From an uncultured Chloroflexia bacterium (lineage in GTDB: Bacteria; Chloroflexota; Anaerolineae; Anaerolineales; UBA11858): a stretch of DNA of 64,000 bases. The notes below the pieces were generated by a model, which saw nothing but the letters and a program-made list of their open reading frames with translations, was not told the origin of the DNA and searched no databases. Where the stretch lies: the NCBI GenBank assembly GCA_963712165.1, contig CAVQGY010000002.1, positions 1,094,611-1,158,610 on the forward strand, read 5' to 3'. Position numbers and translations under genes: made by a program. Below are positions 44,986 to 53,399 of this stretch, piece by piece. Numbering within the stretch: position 1 is the first letter of the stretch; every line of letters begins with the position of its first letter.

Positions 44986-45900
44986 TTATCTTCGGCTGTC
45001 CATGGCACAGCGAAAACCCAGTTTGTGGCGCCAGTAATCCAGGGCATTTGACCCCCGATTATTGCTCCGCAAGTTATAGAAAGTATCGTACCAGGATCCT
45101 CCCCGGGAGACCTTGGCATCCCCTGCGACTGGTCCCTGGGGGTCGACCGCAGAATCTATAGAGAAGTATCCATAATAATCCGAGACCCACTCCCGGACAT
45201 TGCCAGCCATATCCAGGGCGCCTACCCAACTGGCTCCCTCCGTGAAACTGCCCACTGGAGAGGTATCCGGGTAGCCGTCATCATAGTCTGGGTCCGATAC
45301 GCCCGGGCAGCTGGCGTCGCAATAATTCAGCCTGGTCGGGTCGAACTCATTTCCCCAGGGAAAGATAGTCGCATCCGGTCCCCTGGCTGCGTAGGCCCAC
45401 TCCGCTTCTGTTGGCAGGCGCCCGCCAACCCAGCTGCAGTAATCTGCGGCCATATCCTCGGTCAGGTTGATCACGGGATAGGGACCAAATTCCTCTTCCT
45501 CAAAATAACTATCCCTGCTGAACGATCCCGGATCCAGGGGCGGTTCACATACTCCCGCATCCACACAGAGCCGATATTGGCCGTTGGTGACCTCAGTTTG
45601 ATCCAGCCAGAAATCGCTCAGCTGGACAGGATGGTCCGGGTATTCATCCGCGAAGGACTGATATGTGCATACCGCGGCATTAGATCCTCCCTCATAGGAC
45701 TGCTTGCAGAGGTCTTTGGCAGCAAGGACCATCTCTTTGCTGCTGCCCATCTGGAACATCCCCTCAGGCACATAGACCATATTCATCCCGTCCGACTCCC
45801 GGACCCAGGTATCGCCCAGCTTGTGGCTCTGGCAGGCTGAAAGAGAGATCAAAATAAATATCATTGGGATAACAAGGTTTCCTGGGATCTTTTTGAGCAT
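44986..45900 (-). CDS. formylglycine-generating-enzyme (SUMF1/FGE-sulfatase fold) family lipoprotein
   Basis: Lipobox ILISLSAC. LPTEAEWAYAARG, NVREWVSD, SRGGSWY, GFRC. Confidence 0.85.
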   Translation of the reverse strand: MLKKIPGNLVIPMIFILISLSACQSHKLGDTWVRESDGMNMVYVPEGMFQMGSSKEMVLAAKDLCKQSYEGGSNAAVCTYQSFADEYPDHPVQLSDFWLDQTEVTNGQYRLCVDAGVCEPPLDPGSFSRDSYFEEEEFGPYPVINLTEDMAADYCSWVGGRLPTEAEWAYAARGPDATIFPWGNEFDPTRLNYCDASCPGVSDPDYDDGYPDTSPVGSFTEGASWVGALDMAGNVREWVSDYYGYFSIDSAVDPQGPVAGDAKVSRGGSWYDTFYNLRSNNRGSNALDYWRHKLGFRCAMDSRR

Positions 45901-45927
45901 AATAGCCTTGGATTTCTGGGAAAGAAG

Positions 45928-46497
45928 TTAGTCAGTTTCTTTAGTGCTCTTGATGAGCTGTTCCTTGAGATAGGCTTCCATGGTGTTCTCAGCTGAAAAC
46001 AAGTAAAGGCGGGTCTTGCCATCTGTGGCGACTTCCTTGATGCCCGGGAAAAGGAAGGTATTGGAGACCACTCGGGTGCCGGGTTTCAACTCTTCCAGGA
46101 GTTTGTCCTGGAGTTTTTTATTGGTTTCGGGCAGCAGGTAGCAGGCCACTACATCCGCTTCGCTCAAGTCTTGATTGAAAATATCGCCGAATTGGACCCT
46201 GACCTGGTCCCGCAGGCCAAGGACAGTGATCAGGACCTGGCACCACAGCCAGCGGATGGGATCAAGCTCGATACCTACTGCCCGGGCATGGTATTTCAAA
46301 GCGGCAGTGACGATGATCCGCCCATCTCCGCAGCCCAGATCGTAGACCAATTCATCCGGTTTGACTTCAGCGAGGTCAAGCATCTTGCGGACAGCTGACA
46401 TGGAGCTGGGTACCCAGGGAGCTCCCTTGGTATTGGTCCAGATCAGGGAGACCAGCAGGGCAATCACCAGGAGAATGGATATGATGAGAAATTCCAT
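45928..46497 (-). CDS. membrane-anchored class I SAM-dependent methyltransferase
   Basis: N-terminal TM helix. Motif I VYDLGCGDGRI, followed by ADVVACYLLP. Confidence 0.8.
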   Translation of the reverse strand: MEFLIISILLVIALLVSLIWTNTKGAPWVPSSMSAVRKMLDLAEVKPDELVYDLGCGDGRIIVTAALKYHARAVGIELDPIRWLWCQVLITVLGLRDQVRVQFGDIFNQDLSEADVVACYLLPETNKKLQDKLLEELKPGTRVVSNTFLFPGIKEVATDGKTRLYLFSAENTMEAYLKEQLIKSTKETD

Positions 46498-46565
46498 TCT
46501 ATTGATTATATATCAAGGCTGCACCTGGTTAAGGTTCTTCTGGGGAGCAGGATAATATCAGTGAC

Positions 46566-46643
46566 TTGACAAGGTCATCTAAATGATGTATACTTATAAC
46601 AAACAAGTTTGAAAAAAAAACTAGTACAAAGAATGAACTAGTT
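46566..46643 (+). promoter_or_regulatory. consensus-like promoter plus inverted repeat upstream of cassette A
   Basis: TTGACA (46566-46571), 17-nt spacer, TATACT (46589-46594). Then AACTAGT (46619-46625), 11 nt, ACTAGTT (46637-46643). Confidence 0.5.
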
Positions 46644-46657
46644 ATTGGGAGGATTCC

Positions 46658-47266
46658 ATGTCCACTTCTCAACACTTCCAGGAGCTCAGCCGGCAATCCT
46701 ATCGGGAGTTTCACCAAGACGGCATTATCGATATTCTTGTGGGAGCCTCGTTGGTCGGTTTTGGGCTTTGGCTTGAGCTTGATATTGCCTTGTTCGCCTT
46801 CACTTGCTGGTTAAGTGTGGGATTTTATAAGGAATTAAAGAAGAGAGTGACCATACCGCGCTTTGGTTTTGTGCGTTTTGAAAAGGATCGGGCGCAATTC
46901 ATCCTGGGGCTTTTGGTCGCGTTTCTCATCACGCTGCTCTTGTTGGGAGCCAGGTTCTTGATCCTGGAAAGAAGTAACCCAAACCAGGTGTTGGCTGCAT
47001 TCTTAAGGAAGAATCATCCCTATATCATGAGCAGTATCGGGGCCATCCTGATGATCGCCTTTGGGGTCTGGCGAGGCTTAAACCGCTTCCTGGCCTACGG
47101 TCTGATATTCCTTTGTATACTGGGAGCATTTTTCCTGGCAGAATTCCCGGGACAATTTGCCCTCCTGGTCGGGGGAGGTTCAATGCTGGTAGCAGGCCTG
47201 TTCCTGATTGCCCGGTTTATCAGGAACCAGCCCTTGTTGGATATGGAGGGCGATCATGCCCAATAA
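46658..47266 (+). CDS. polytopic membrane protein, cassette A (paralogue of 56734-57312)
   Basis: 202 aa. YREFHQDGIIDILVG...LKKRVTIPRFGFVRF...LVGGGSMLVAGLFLIARFI. Overlaps the next gene by 11 nt. Confidence 0.75.
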   Translation: MSTSQHFQELSRQSYREFHQDGIIDILVGASLVGFGLWLELDIALFAFTCWLSVGFYKELKKRVTIPRFGFVRFEKDRAQFILGLLVAFLITLLLLGARFLILERSNPNQVLAAFLRKNHPYIMSSIGAILMIAFGVWRGLNRFLAYGLIFLCILGAFFLAEFPGQFALLVGGGSMLVAGLFLIARFIRNQPLLDMEGDHAQ

Positions 47267-47588
47267 GGCAGACCACCTTCCAAACCTTGAGCCGATCGAG
47301 CAGCTTGATGCCGCTATCCATGCGCCCTCACGATTATTGATCCTGGCTTACCTGGCCGCTGTGGAAAGCGCTGACTTCACATTCCTGTTGAAACAAACCG
47401 GATTGTCGCGGGGAAATCTTTCCACCCATATCAGCCGGTTGGAAGAAGCTGGTTATGTACAGGTTCAGAAGGAATTCGTGGACCGAATTCCCCGGACACT
47501 TTATCGCCTTACAAGTTCGGGCAAATCAGCCATCCAGGAATATCGCCATAATATGAGGCAGGTGATCGAGGAGCTATTGGGGGATTAA
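47256..47588 (+). CDS. winged-helix (ArsR/HTH_34-like) transcriptional regulator, cassette A
   Basis: IHAPSRLLILAYLAAVESADFTFLLKQTGLSRGNLSTHISRLEEAGYVQVQKEFVDRIPRTLYRLTSSG. Confidence 0.85.
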   Translation: MPNKADHLPNLEPIEQLDAAIHAPSRLLILAYLAAVESADFTFLLKQTGLSRGNLSTHISRLEEAGYVQVQKEFVDRIPRTLYRLTSSGKSAIQEYRHNMRQVIEELLGD

Positions 47589-47667
47589 GTAAGCCTACTT
47601 CCTGAGGGTCTCCACCCTGCCTGATTGGGGAGGAATTTCTCCCAGCGGGTTTGCTGGCAAAAAGAAA

Positions 47668-47697
47668 AATCCACCCGAAATGGGTGGATTTGTGTGT
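47668..47697 (+). terminator. hairpin after cassette A
   Basis: AATCCACCC GAAAT GGGTGGATT, followed by TGTGTGT. Confidence 0.55.
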
Positions 47698-47735
47698 GGG
47701 CGTTAGTGGACAGATCTCGAACCACGGATAATATC
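47697..47735 (-). other. degenerate tRNA 3'-half-like sequence (resembles the 3' end of the tRNA-Val at 49151-49224)
   Basis: The plus-strand sequence TGGGCGTTAGTGGACAGATCTCGAACCACGGAT resembles the tRNA-Val gene's TGGGCGCGAATGGACTCGAACCATCG...CGGAT. It has the acceptor 3' strand and a T-arm-like part with a 5-nt insertion. No complete cloverleaf can be drawn. Confidence 0.35.
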
Positions 47736-47752
47736 TTGTAAGACTCATTCAC

Positions 47753-49012
47753 CTATCTCGAATGACTCAACATCCAGTCATACACAGCAGTATCATCGTA
47801 AACGTTGTAGAGAATATTTATTGTCATATCATCATATACCGTTAACCTGGCATCACCACCACAGTCATTTAATGCGTCTACCAGGTCCCGCTCTACCGCT
47901 GCTGGAACATTGACATCTTTTCCACCGTGAAACGCCCAAACTGGAACCGATTTGAGATCACAAATATTATCAGGAATAGCAAATGGATATCCTAAATATC
48001 CACCTATTGGAACTATGGCAGTGAATTGCTCAGGAAAATTCAAACCTATATGCCATACACCATTGCCGCCCATATCATAACCGATCAAATACACCTGACC
48101 TGAATTTATCCGGTATTTTTCCTGGATATCTTCTAGAAGTGTGAAAAGAGAATTTGTAAGGTCCTCTTCGATCCAGAATTGATAATCACCATCTCCGATT
48201 GGAGCGATAAAGATAAACGGGAAATCTTGGTTGTGTTGAAGGCTTCTCGGTAAAGGATCCTCATCAAGCATTAAATCCAAGGTTCCACCACGATATGGAG
48301 CTCCATGAAGTTGAATTAACAAAGGCCAGTCTTTTTTTGAGTTTACATCATAATCAAATGGCAAATAAAAGAGGAAATCCAAACCTGATAATTCTGATGA
48401 GAACAAATTCATGCCTGATTCCGCGTTTGACGAAAATTCTGGATAAGTCTGTTTTTCATTGACCGTGAAATTCACCACGTACTCATATCTTCCAGGCTGA
48501 TAGGTATTAAAACCATCGTTTAACTCAGTATTGATAATCCGGATGTGCTTCAGGGTGTGTTGTCCAGGAGAAATGTTTTTCAGATCTATCAGCCATAATC
48601 TTGCTGCATTGTTTTCGCCTTTTACATGATATTTTTCTTCTAATAAATCAAACTCCTCTAAAGCTAAGCGGTACTCATCAATATAAAATTCCCATTCAAT
48701 TTCATTCCAATTTGAATCTAGTTTGGATTCTTTTGCGAACCATCCAATGTCAATCACTAAACCAGTAAGGGCGGGAATTTGGCATTCTACATTATGAGTT
48801 TCTGGTACGAAATCATCTGTAATGTAATCACAAAAATATCGAAAATTATAATATGGTAAATCGCGTGAAGATTGGTGCACTGAAAAACTCTCGACAGTAT
48901 CGCCTGGCTTGATGATTTCTTCTCTAATAGATGTGAATTTCTCTGCTGGTGAACAAGATGTAATGACAATGAGAATGAGGAAAATGATAAGAGAGCCTGA
49001 GTGCTTTTTCAT
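47753..49012 (-). CDS. lipoprotein with C-terminal alpha/beta-hydrolase (esterase/peptidase S9-like) domain
   Basis: Lipobox LIVITSC. LLIQLHG, YLIGYDMGGNGVW (the elbow position carries D-M-G, not a clear G-x-S-x-G), VWAFHGGKDVNVP. The gene is clearly AT-richer than its surroundings. Confidence 0.75.
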   Translation of the reverse strand: MKKHSGSLIIFLILIVITSCSPAEKFTSIREEIIKPGDTVESFSVHQSSRDLPYYNFRYFCDYITDDFVPETHNVECQIPALTGLVIDIGWFAKESKLDSNWNEIEWEFYIDEYRLALEEFDLLEEKYHVKGENNAARLWLIDLKNISPGQHTLKHIRIINTELNDGFNTYQPGRYEYVVNFTVNEKQTYPEFSSNAESGMNLFSSELSGLDFLFYLPFDYDVNSKKDWPLLIQLHGAPYRGGTLDLMLDEDPLPRSLQHNQDFPFIFIAPIGDGDYQFWIEEDLTNSLFTLLEDIQEKYRINSGQVYLIGYDMGGNGVWHIGLNFPEQFTAIVPIGGYLGYPFAIPDNICDLKSVPVWAFHGGKDVNVPAAVERDLVDALNDCGGDARLTVYDDMTINILYNVYDDTAVYDWMLSHSR

Positions 49013-49150
49013 TTTTTTGGCTCCTTGTTATTTGGAGTTTTCATCAATCATGGATTGTCTCCTTATTATACAGACAAATATATGAGAAATACACACATAG
49101 TCTCGGTAATAACCAAAATCCTCCCTTATGTAGGGAGGATTTCTCAAGAG

Positions 49151-49224
<74 letters not shown>

Positions 49225-49299
49225 GATGTAGGCAAAATTATAGCATCGGGGCTGAGCTTTGAGAAGACCTCGGAGGTCGATGAGACCTAGGAGGTTGTA

Positions 49300-49578
49300 T
49301 TAGGGCGTTTTATCCAGCAGCGCCACCATCTCCCGCAGCAGTTCCTGGTTTTCTTCCGGCTGATGCCGGTCCATATCTGCCAGGCACAGGGCTGCATAAT
49401 CTTCAAAGAAGACCCGGCTGGTGGATTTTACCGCTGATGAGATCGCCGACAGCTGCTGCATAATCTCGCGGCAGTCTCGCTCCTCGTCCAGCATGGTCTG
49501 GACTCCCCGGAGCTGGCCTTCGATTCGCCTCAGGCGTTTGATGAGATTTATTTTGGTATCCTGGTTTTCTATTTTCAT
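49300..49578 (-). CDS. CsoR/RcnR/FrmR-family (DUF156) metal- or thiol-sensing repressor
   Basis: LIKRLRRIEGQLRGVQTMLDEERDCREIMQQLSAISSAV. ATG 49578 is preferred over the longer track ORF. Confidence 0.85.
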   Translation of the reverse strand: MKIENQDTKINLIKRLRRIEGQLRGVQTMLDEERDCREIMQQLSAISSAVKSTSRVFFEDYAALCLADMDRHQPEENQELLREMVALLDKTP

Positions 49579-49612
49579 TGTTATCCGGCACACGGCCAAT
49601 CTAGCAGCTCGC

Positions 49613-49816
49613 TCAAGTAAAGGGGCTGGAAGACGGCCGGCTGACCGATGCGCTCCCACTGGAGGAGGTGCCGATCACCGCGCCTGCAGAGATCAATTTA
49701 CTGGCGTTTTTCTCTCCACAGCTGGGGCAGACAGGGGTTTTGTCCGCTTCAGAAAAGCGGAGGATCTTATCAAAGATTTCACCGCAGTCAGGGCAGCGGT
49801 ATTCATAGAGAGGCAT
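49613..49816 (-). CDS. FmdB-family zinc-ribbon protein
   Basis: MPLYEYRCPDCGEIFD......PVCPSCG, followed by a Ser/Gly-rich tail. AAGGAAG lies upstream. Confidence 0.8.
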   Translation of the reverse strand: MPLYEYRCPDCGEIFDKILRFSEADKTPVCPSCGEKNASKLISAGAVIGTSSSGSASVSRPSSSPFT

Positions 49817-49864
49817 ACTGGCTCTTCCTTGTATATACTCCCCCCCAGTATACCACAAAAGTCA

Positions 49865-49897
49865 AAGGATTGGATCCTTCAAAAGGATCCAATCCTT
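49865..49897. terminator. GGATCC-cored hairpin
   Basis: AAGGATTGGATCCTT CAA AAGGATCCAATCCTT. Confidence 0.5.
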
Positions 49898-49933
49898 ATC
49901 AAATCCCTTAAAAGACGAAGTCTCTTAAGGGAT

Positions 49934-50869
49934 TTATTTTCCGAGCAAATATTCATCAAAGAAATCCACCAATGTCTCGCGGTAGAGGTCCGGCTGGTGA
50001 TCCTCAAAGTCGACATGCATGGCTTCTTCAATCCAAAGCAGCTCCTTGGGATCCGCTGCAGCCTCAAAAAGCTGGCGTCCGATATTTGGACCGATCTTGT
50101 CATCGCTGCCGCCATGGATGATCAGCACCGGCACGGGGCTGATCTCAGCGATCACGTCCTGGGTTCTCAAAGCTTCTGTGTCCATATCCCCCAGCTGTTC
50201 AGCCCAGAAGATGATGAATCTGGCTAGTGTTGGTACTACCCATACAGGAAGTTCGGGATTTTCAAATTCGATGAATTTCACCACCACTTCGAGGGTCAAT
50301 CCGAAGGCGCTACCAGTTGCCACAGCTGCCACACCGGGATCTCCGGCGGCGTATAGAATGCTTGTGCCTCCGCCCATGGATTCACCAAAAAGGCCAATTC
50401 GGTCCGGATCGACATCATCCCGTCCCAGCAGGTAGTCATGCCAGGCTTCGACATCCTGGATCTCATAATAGCCAAAGGTGATGGTATCCCCTTCACAATC
50501 ATCGTGGGCCCGGAAGCTGCCTAGCAACACGCTGTAGCCAGCCTCATTCAGAAATGCGGCTTCATAGAGGCCATCCTGTCTCCCGCCGGGCGAACCATGC
50601 TGGATCATCACCGTGGCGCCGTTCTCGCCAGGCAGGTACCAGCCGGTCAGCTTGAGACCGTCCGGAGAGGTGGTGGATACTTCTTCATATTTCCTGCCGT
50701 AATCATCTGGGGTCTCTTCGGGCGGCCAAAGCCCCTCTTCTATTCGCTCCTCCATCGTATGGGAGAGCATGTCCTTGGCAATCGAGCGCGTGAATAGAGT
50801 CAGACCGATAAATATGATCAAGATTAGAACCAGAATAATAATCAACAAAATCTTCAGTCCTTTACTCAT
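49934..50869 (-). CDS. membrane-anchored alpha/beta hydrolase
   Basis: ATG 50869 follows GGAGG. N-terminal TM helix, elbow GESMGG, IIHGGSDD, and a C-terminal His. Confidence 0.85.
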   Translation of the reverse strand: MSKGLKILLIIILVLILIIFIGLTLFTRSIAKDMLSHTMEERIEEGLWPPEETPDDYGRKYEEVSTTSPDGLKLTGWYLPGENGATVMIQHGSPGGRQDGLYEAAFLNEAGYSVLLGSFRAHDDCEGDTITFGYYEIQDVEAWHDYLLGRDDVDPDRIGLFGESMGGGTSILYAAGDPGVAAVATGSAFGLTLEVVVKFIEFENPELPVWVVPTLARFIIFWAEQLGDMDTEALRTQDVIAEISPVPVLIIHGGSDDKIGPNIGRQLFEAAADPKELLWIEEAMHVDFEDHQPDLYRETLVDFFDEYLLGK

Positions 50870-51040
50870 GGTGTCCTCCAATACTTACAGATGAATAGTC
50901 CCAACTGCTCAACCAGGTGGGTGGTTTGATCACCAGTAAGGATTTACCGGTAGAAAGGATATTGAGCTGTGGTGAGAGATATGTTGAGGATTATGGAGGT
51001 GATGGACGAAGTCCTTGAAAAGGACTTCGTCCAATTGATC

Positions 51041-51673
51041 TTATCGATTATATGTGCCCATCAATTCGGCCTGGCCGAGGATATGGCTTTCCATGGCCGC
51101 CAGCAGGGATTCCTTATCTGTCCCGGGTTCAAGACCCAGGTCAGTATCGAGGGCGTACAGTTTAAAGAAGTAGCGGTGGGTGCCGGAAGGCGGGCAGGGT
51201 CCGCCGTAACCGGTCCGGCCCCAACTATTTGTTCCGTCCTGGCCAACCCCGGTCATACCTTCCCGCAGCCCGGAAAGATCCATTGGCAGGTCATACAGAA
51301 CCCAGTGGACCCAGGTACTTCCTGGCGCGTCCGGGTCATCCATGATCAAGGCCATACTGACAGTCCCTTCGGGAGTGCCAAACCAATCCAGCTCTGGCGA
51401 GATATCCTCACCGTCACAGGTGAATTTCACGGGGATGGGTTCTCCTTCATTGAAGGATGGGCTTGTCAGGGCCATAGCCATCGGTCCACCTTCTTCACCA
51501 TTTGAATCAGCAACTTCGCCTTCGCTTTCCATGCCCTCGGCGTGGGCATCCTCGCTAGATGGTCCTGGGGGTTCTGGTTCGATCAACTCAGTAGGTTCAG
51601 GGCTGGGCACACAGCTGGTAGAGGTGATTACCAGCAGACATGCCAGGATCAGAGATCTTATCAACTTGAACAT
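51041..51673 (-). CDS. YbhB/YbcL-family (PEBP/Raf-kinase-inhibitor-like) lipoprotein
   Basis: Lipobox ITSTSC. DDPDAP, HWVLYD, GYGGPCPPSGTHRYFFKLYALD. Confidence 0.85.
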   Translation of the reverse strand: MFKLIRSLILACLLVITSTSCVPSPEPTELIEPEPPGPSSEDAHAEGMESEGEVADSNGEEGGPMAMALTSPSFNEGEPIPVKFTCDGEDISPELDWFGTPEGTVSMALIMDDPDAPGSTWVHWVLYDLPMDLSGLREGMTGVGQDGTNSWGRTGYGGPCPPSGTHRYFFKLYALDTDLGLEPGTDKESLLAAMESHILGQAELMGTYNR

Positions 51674-51725
51674 CACGGTCTCCTTGGCTATCTCTATTAT
51701 AGATGAAAAGACCACCTTCTGGAGA

Positions 51726-52355
51726 TCAATCCTCTAATAACACCCGGGCAGGGGCGCCGTCCGAACCGCCGATCTTTAGGGGCAGGCACAGCAGCCTGTA
51801 AGGTCCTGGCTTTATCCTGGAAAGATCTAATCCTTCTATGATCAGGATGCCGGCTTCCAGGAGAATTCTGTGGGTGGGCTCGGGATCTGTGAATGGGGCA
51901 ATGGACAGGTAATCGATACCGACAACTTCCAATCCGCAATCTGCCAGGTAGGAGGCTGCCCCGGCATCCAGGGCGATAAACTTCTCCTGGAAATCGCGCA
52001 GCCCCTCGGCCCAGAAACTGGAATTGCTGGTTTTTATGAGCAGCCGTTTTATCTCTCCTGTAATGCCTGCCGCCCGCAGATCATCTGCAGTGATGTCCTG
52101 GTCCGTAGTGAATTCAATCACCTCTGCAGGTCCCACCAGCGATGTCAAAGGGATGTCCTCCACCGTAGCGCCATTATCCAGGAAATGGTCCGGGGCATCC
52201 ACATGAGTTCCCATGTGGACCGAGGTGGAGATCTGGGTCAGGTTGGCCATTTCACCGTTTTTGATCTGGCTGATCCTTTCCAGTTTTACCCTGGGATCTC
52301 CCGGCCAGGTCGGTAGGTCTTCCGTTATGGTCAGGGAAATATCATGCAGGGGCAT
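51726..52355 (-). CDS. cyclase-family protein (kynurenine-formamidase-like fold)
   Basis: HMGTHVDAPDHF, and VGIDYLS near the C-terminus. ATG 52355 follows AAGGAG. Confidence 0.85.
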   Translation of the reverse strand: MPLHDISLTITEDLPTWPGDPRVKLERISQIKNGEMANLTQISTSVHMGTHVDAPDHFLDNGATVEDIPLTSLVGPAEVIEFTTDQDITADDLRAAGITGEIKRLLIKTSNSSFWAEGLRDFQEKFIALDAGAASYLADCGLEVVGIDYLSIAPFTDPEPTHRILLEAGILIIEGLDLSRIKPGPYRLLCLPLKIGGSDGAPARVLLED

Positions 52356-52360
52356 CGGAC

Positions 52361-53272
52361 CTAGCTCCTTTTCTGAAGTGGCCGGAGATATTCGATCCGT
52401 TTCGAAAAATGACTCGGCAGCAGGCTGTAAATATGGGGAATGGTGTTCAGGGAGCAAGTCCGGTTAGTGGCTAAATAGTCCAGCCAGAATATATTGGTAG
52501 GGATCTTAAGGGAAAGGTAATCCGCAAAGACTGTAGCAAAGCGGATCAATGCTGTACTGACCGGGACGAGCGTGCGTTTGATTTCCATGACATCCAGGAG
52601 GGTCAGCACGACCTCCTTGAAGCTGAGCTGTTCCGGACCGCCGATCTCAAGCAGCTCTCGCTCAGTTTTTGGATTGTCCAGGGTCCAGAGCATGATATTG
52701 GCCAGATCCTCGATCCAGAGAGGCTGGAGGAGAGTATCTCCCTGGTCCGGGATGGGGAAGATCAGCGGAATGGCTTTGATCATCTTTGCCAGGGGGATAG
52801 TAAAGCGGTCCTGGGATCCGTATACGATCCCAACCCGCAGGATGGTATAGTTCAAGTCGCTTTTTTGGATAGTATCCTCAACAATGGCTTTGGCAGTCAT
52901 TGACGGGTAGGCTGAGGCCCGGTCTGCTCCCAGATGGCTGAGATATACAAAGCGTTGCACGTCCGATTCTTGAGCTGCCTGGACCAGGTTGCGAGTACCT
53001 TTGATGTCCGTTTCCAGCAGATCTCCCCGGGCACCCAATGCTTCCTGGCTTGCCAGGTGGTAGACAACATCCACTCCGACCAGGGCGGCTCTTAATCCGC
53101 GAATATCGCTCAATCCAGACACTGTGGCTTCGACCGGTATACCTTTGGGCAGGTCTGGCGATTTGCCGGAGGGATGGATCAGGACCCGGACCTGGTGGTC
53201 GGTTTCAGATAAATGGCGTGTTAACGCCTTGCCGATGAATCCAGTAGCTCCGGTTAAAAGGATCTTCTTCAT
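52361..53272 (-). CDS. NAD(P)-binding SDR-type protein (NDUFA9/NmrA-like atypical epimerase family)
   Basis: KILLTGATGFIGKAL, a Rossmann fold. ATG 53272. Confidence 0.8.
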   Translation of the reverse strand: MKKILLTGATGFIGKALTRHLSETDHQVRVLIHPSGKSPDLPKGIPVEATVSGLSDIRGLRAALVGVDVVYHLASQEALGARGDLLETDIKGTRNLVQAAQESDVQRFVYLSHLGADRASAYPSMTAKAIVEDTIQKSDLNYTILRVGIVYGSQDRFTIPLAKMIKAIPLIFPIPDQGDTLLQPLWIEDLANIMLWTLDNPKTERELLEIGGPEQLSFKEVVLTLLDVMEIKRTLVPVSTALIRFATVFADYLSLKIPTNIFWLDYLATNRTCSLNTIPHIYSLLPSHFSKRIEYLRPLQKRS

Positions 53273-53399
53273 TCCCCGCATTATAGCATCTGGATCTTTC
53301 CGGAACAAATCTGGGATATTTCCCCTGGAAAGCCCCTTGCTGGCATAAACCTTGCATCTTGAGAATAACTCATTCAGGTATCAGAAAGAGATCTCTATT

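Noticed and set aside
44986-45900. The FGE/C-type-lectin-fold protein as a diversity-generating retroelement (DGR) target
   Set aside because: DGR variable proteins often use this fold with the variable region at the C-terminus. However, I found no reverse transcriptase gene and no template-repeat copy of the 3' coding region anywhere in the window.
46529-46717. 62-aa minus-strand ORF overlapping the cassette A promoter and start
   Set aside because: It conflicts with the TTGACA-17-TATACT promoter and the RBS-supported plus-strand gene, and it has no RBS.
49421-50227. 268-aa plus-strand ORF spanning the CsoR-like, zinc-ribbon and hydrolase genes
   Set aside because: It is antisense to three separately supported minus-strand genes and crosses two intergenic hairpins.
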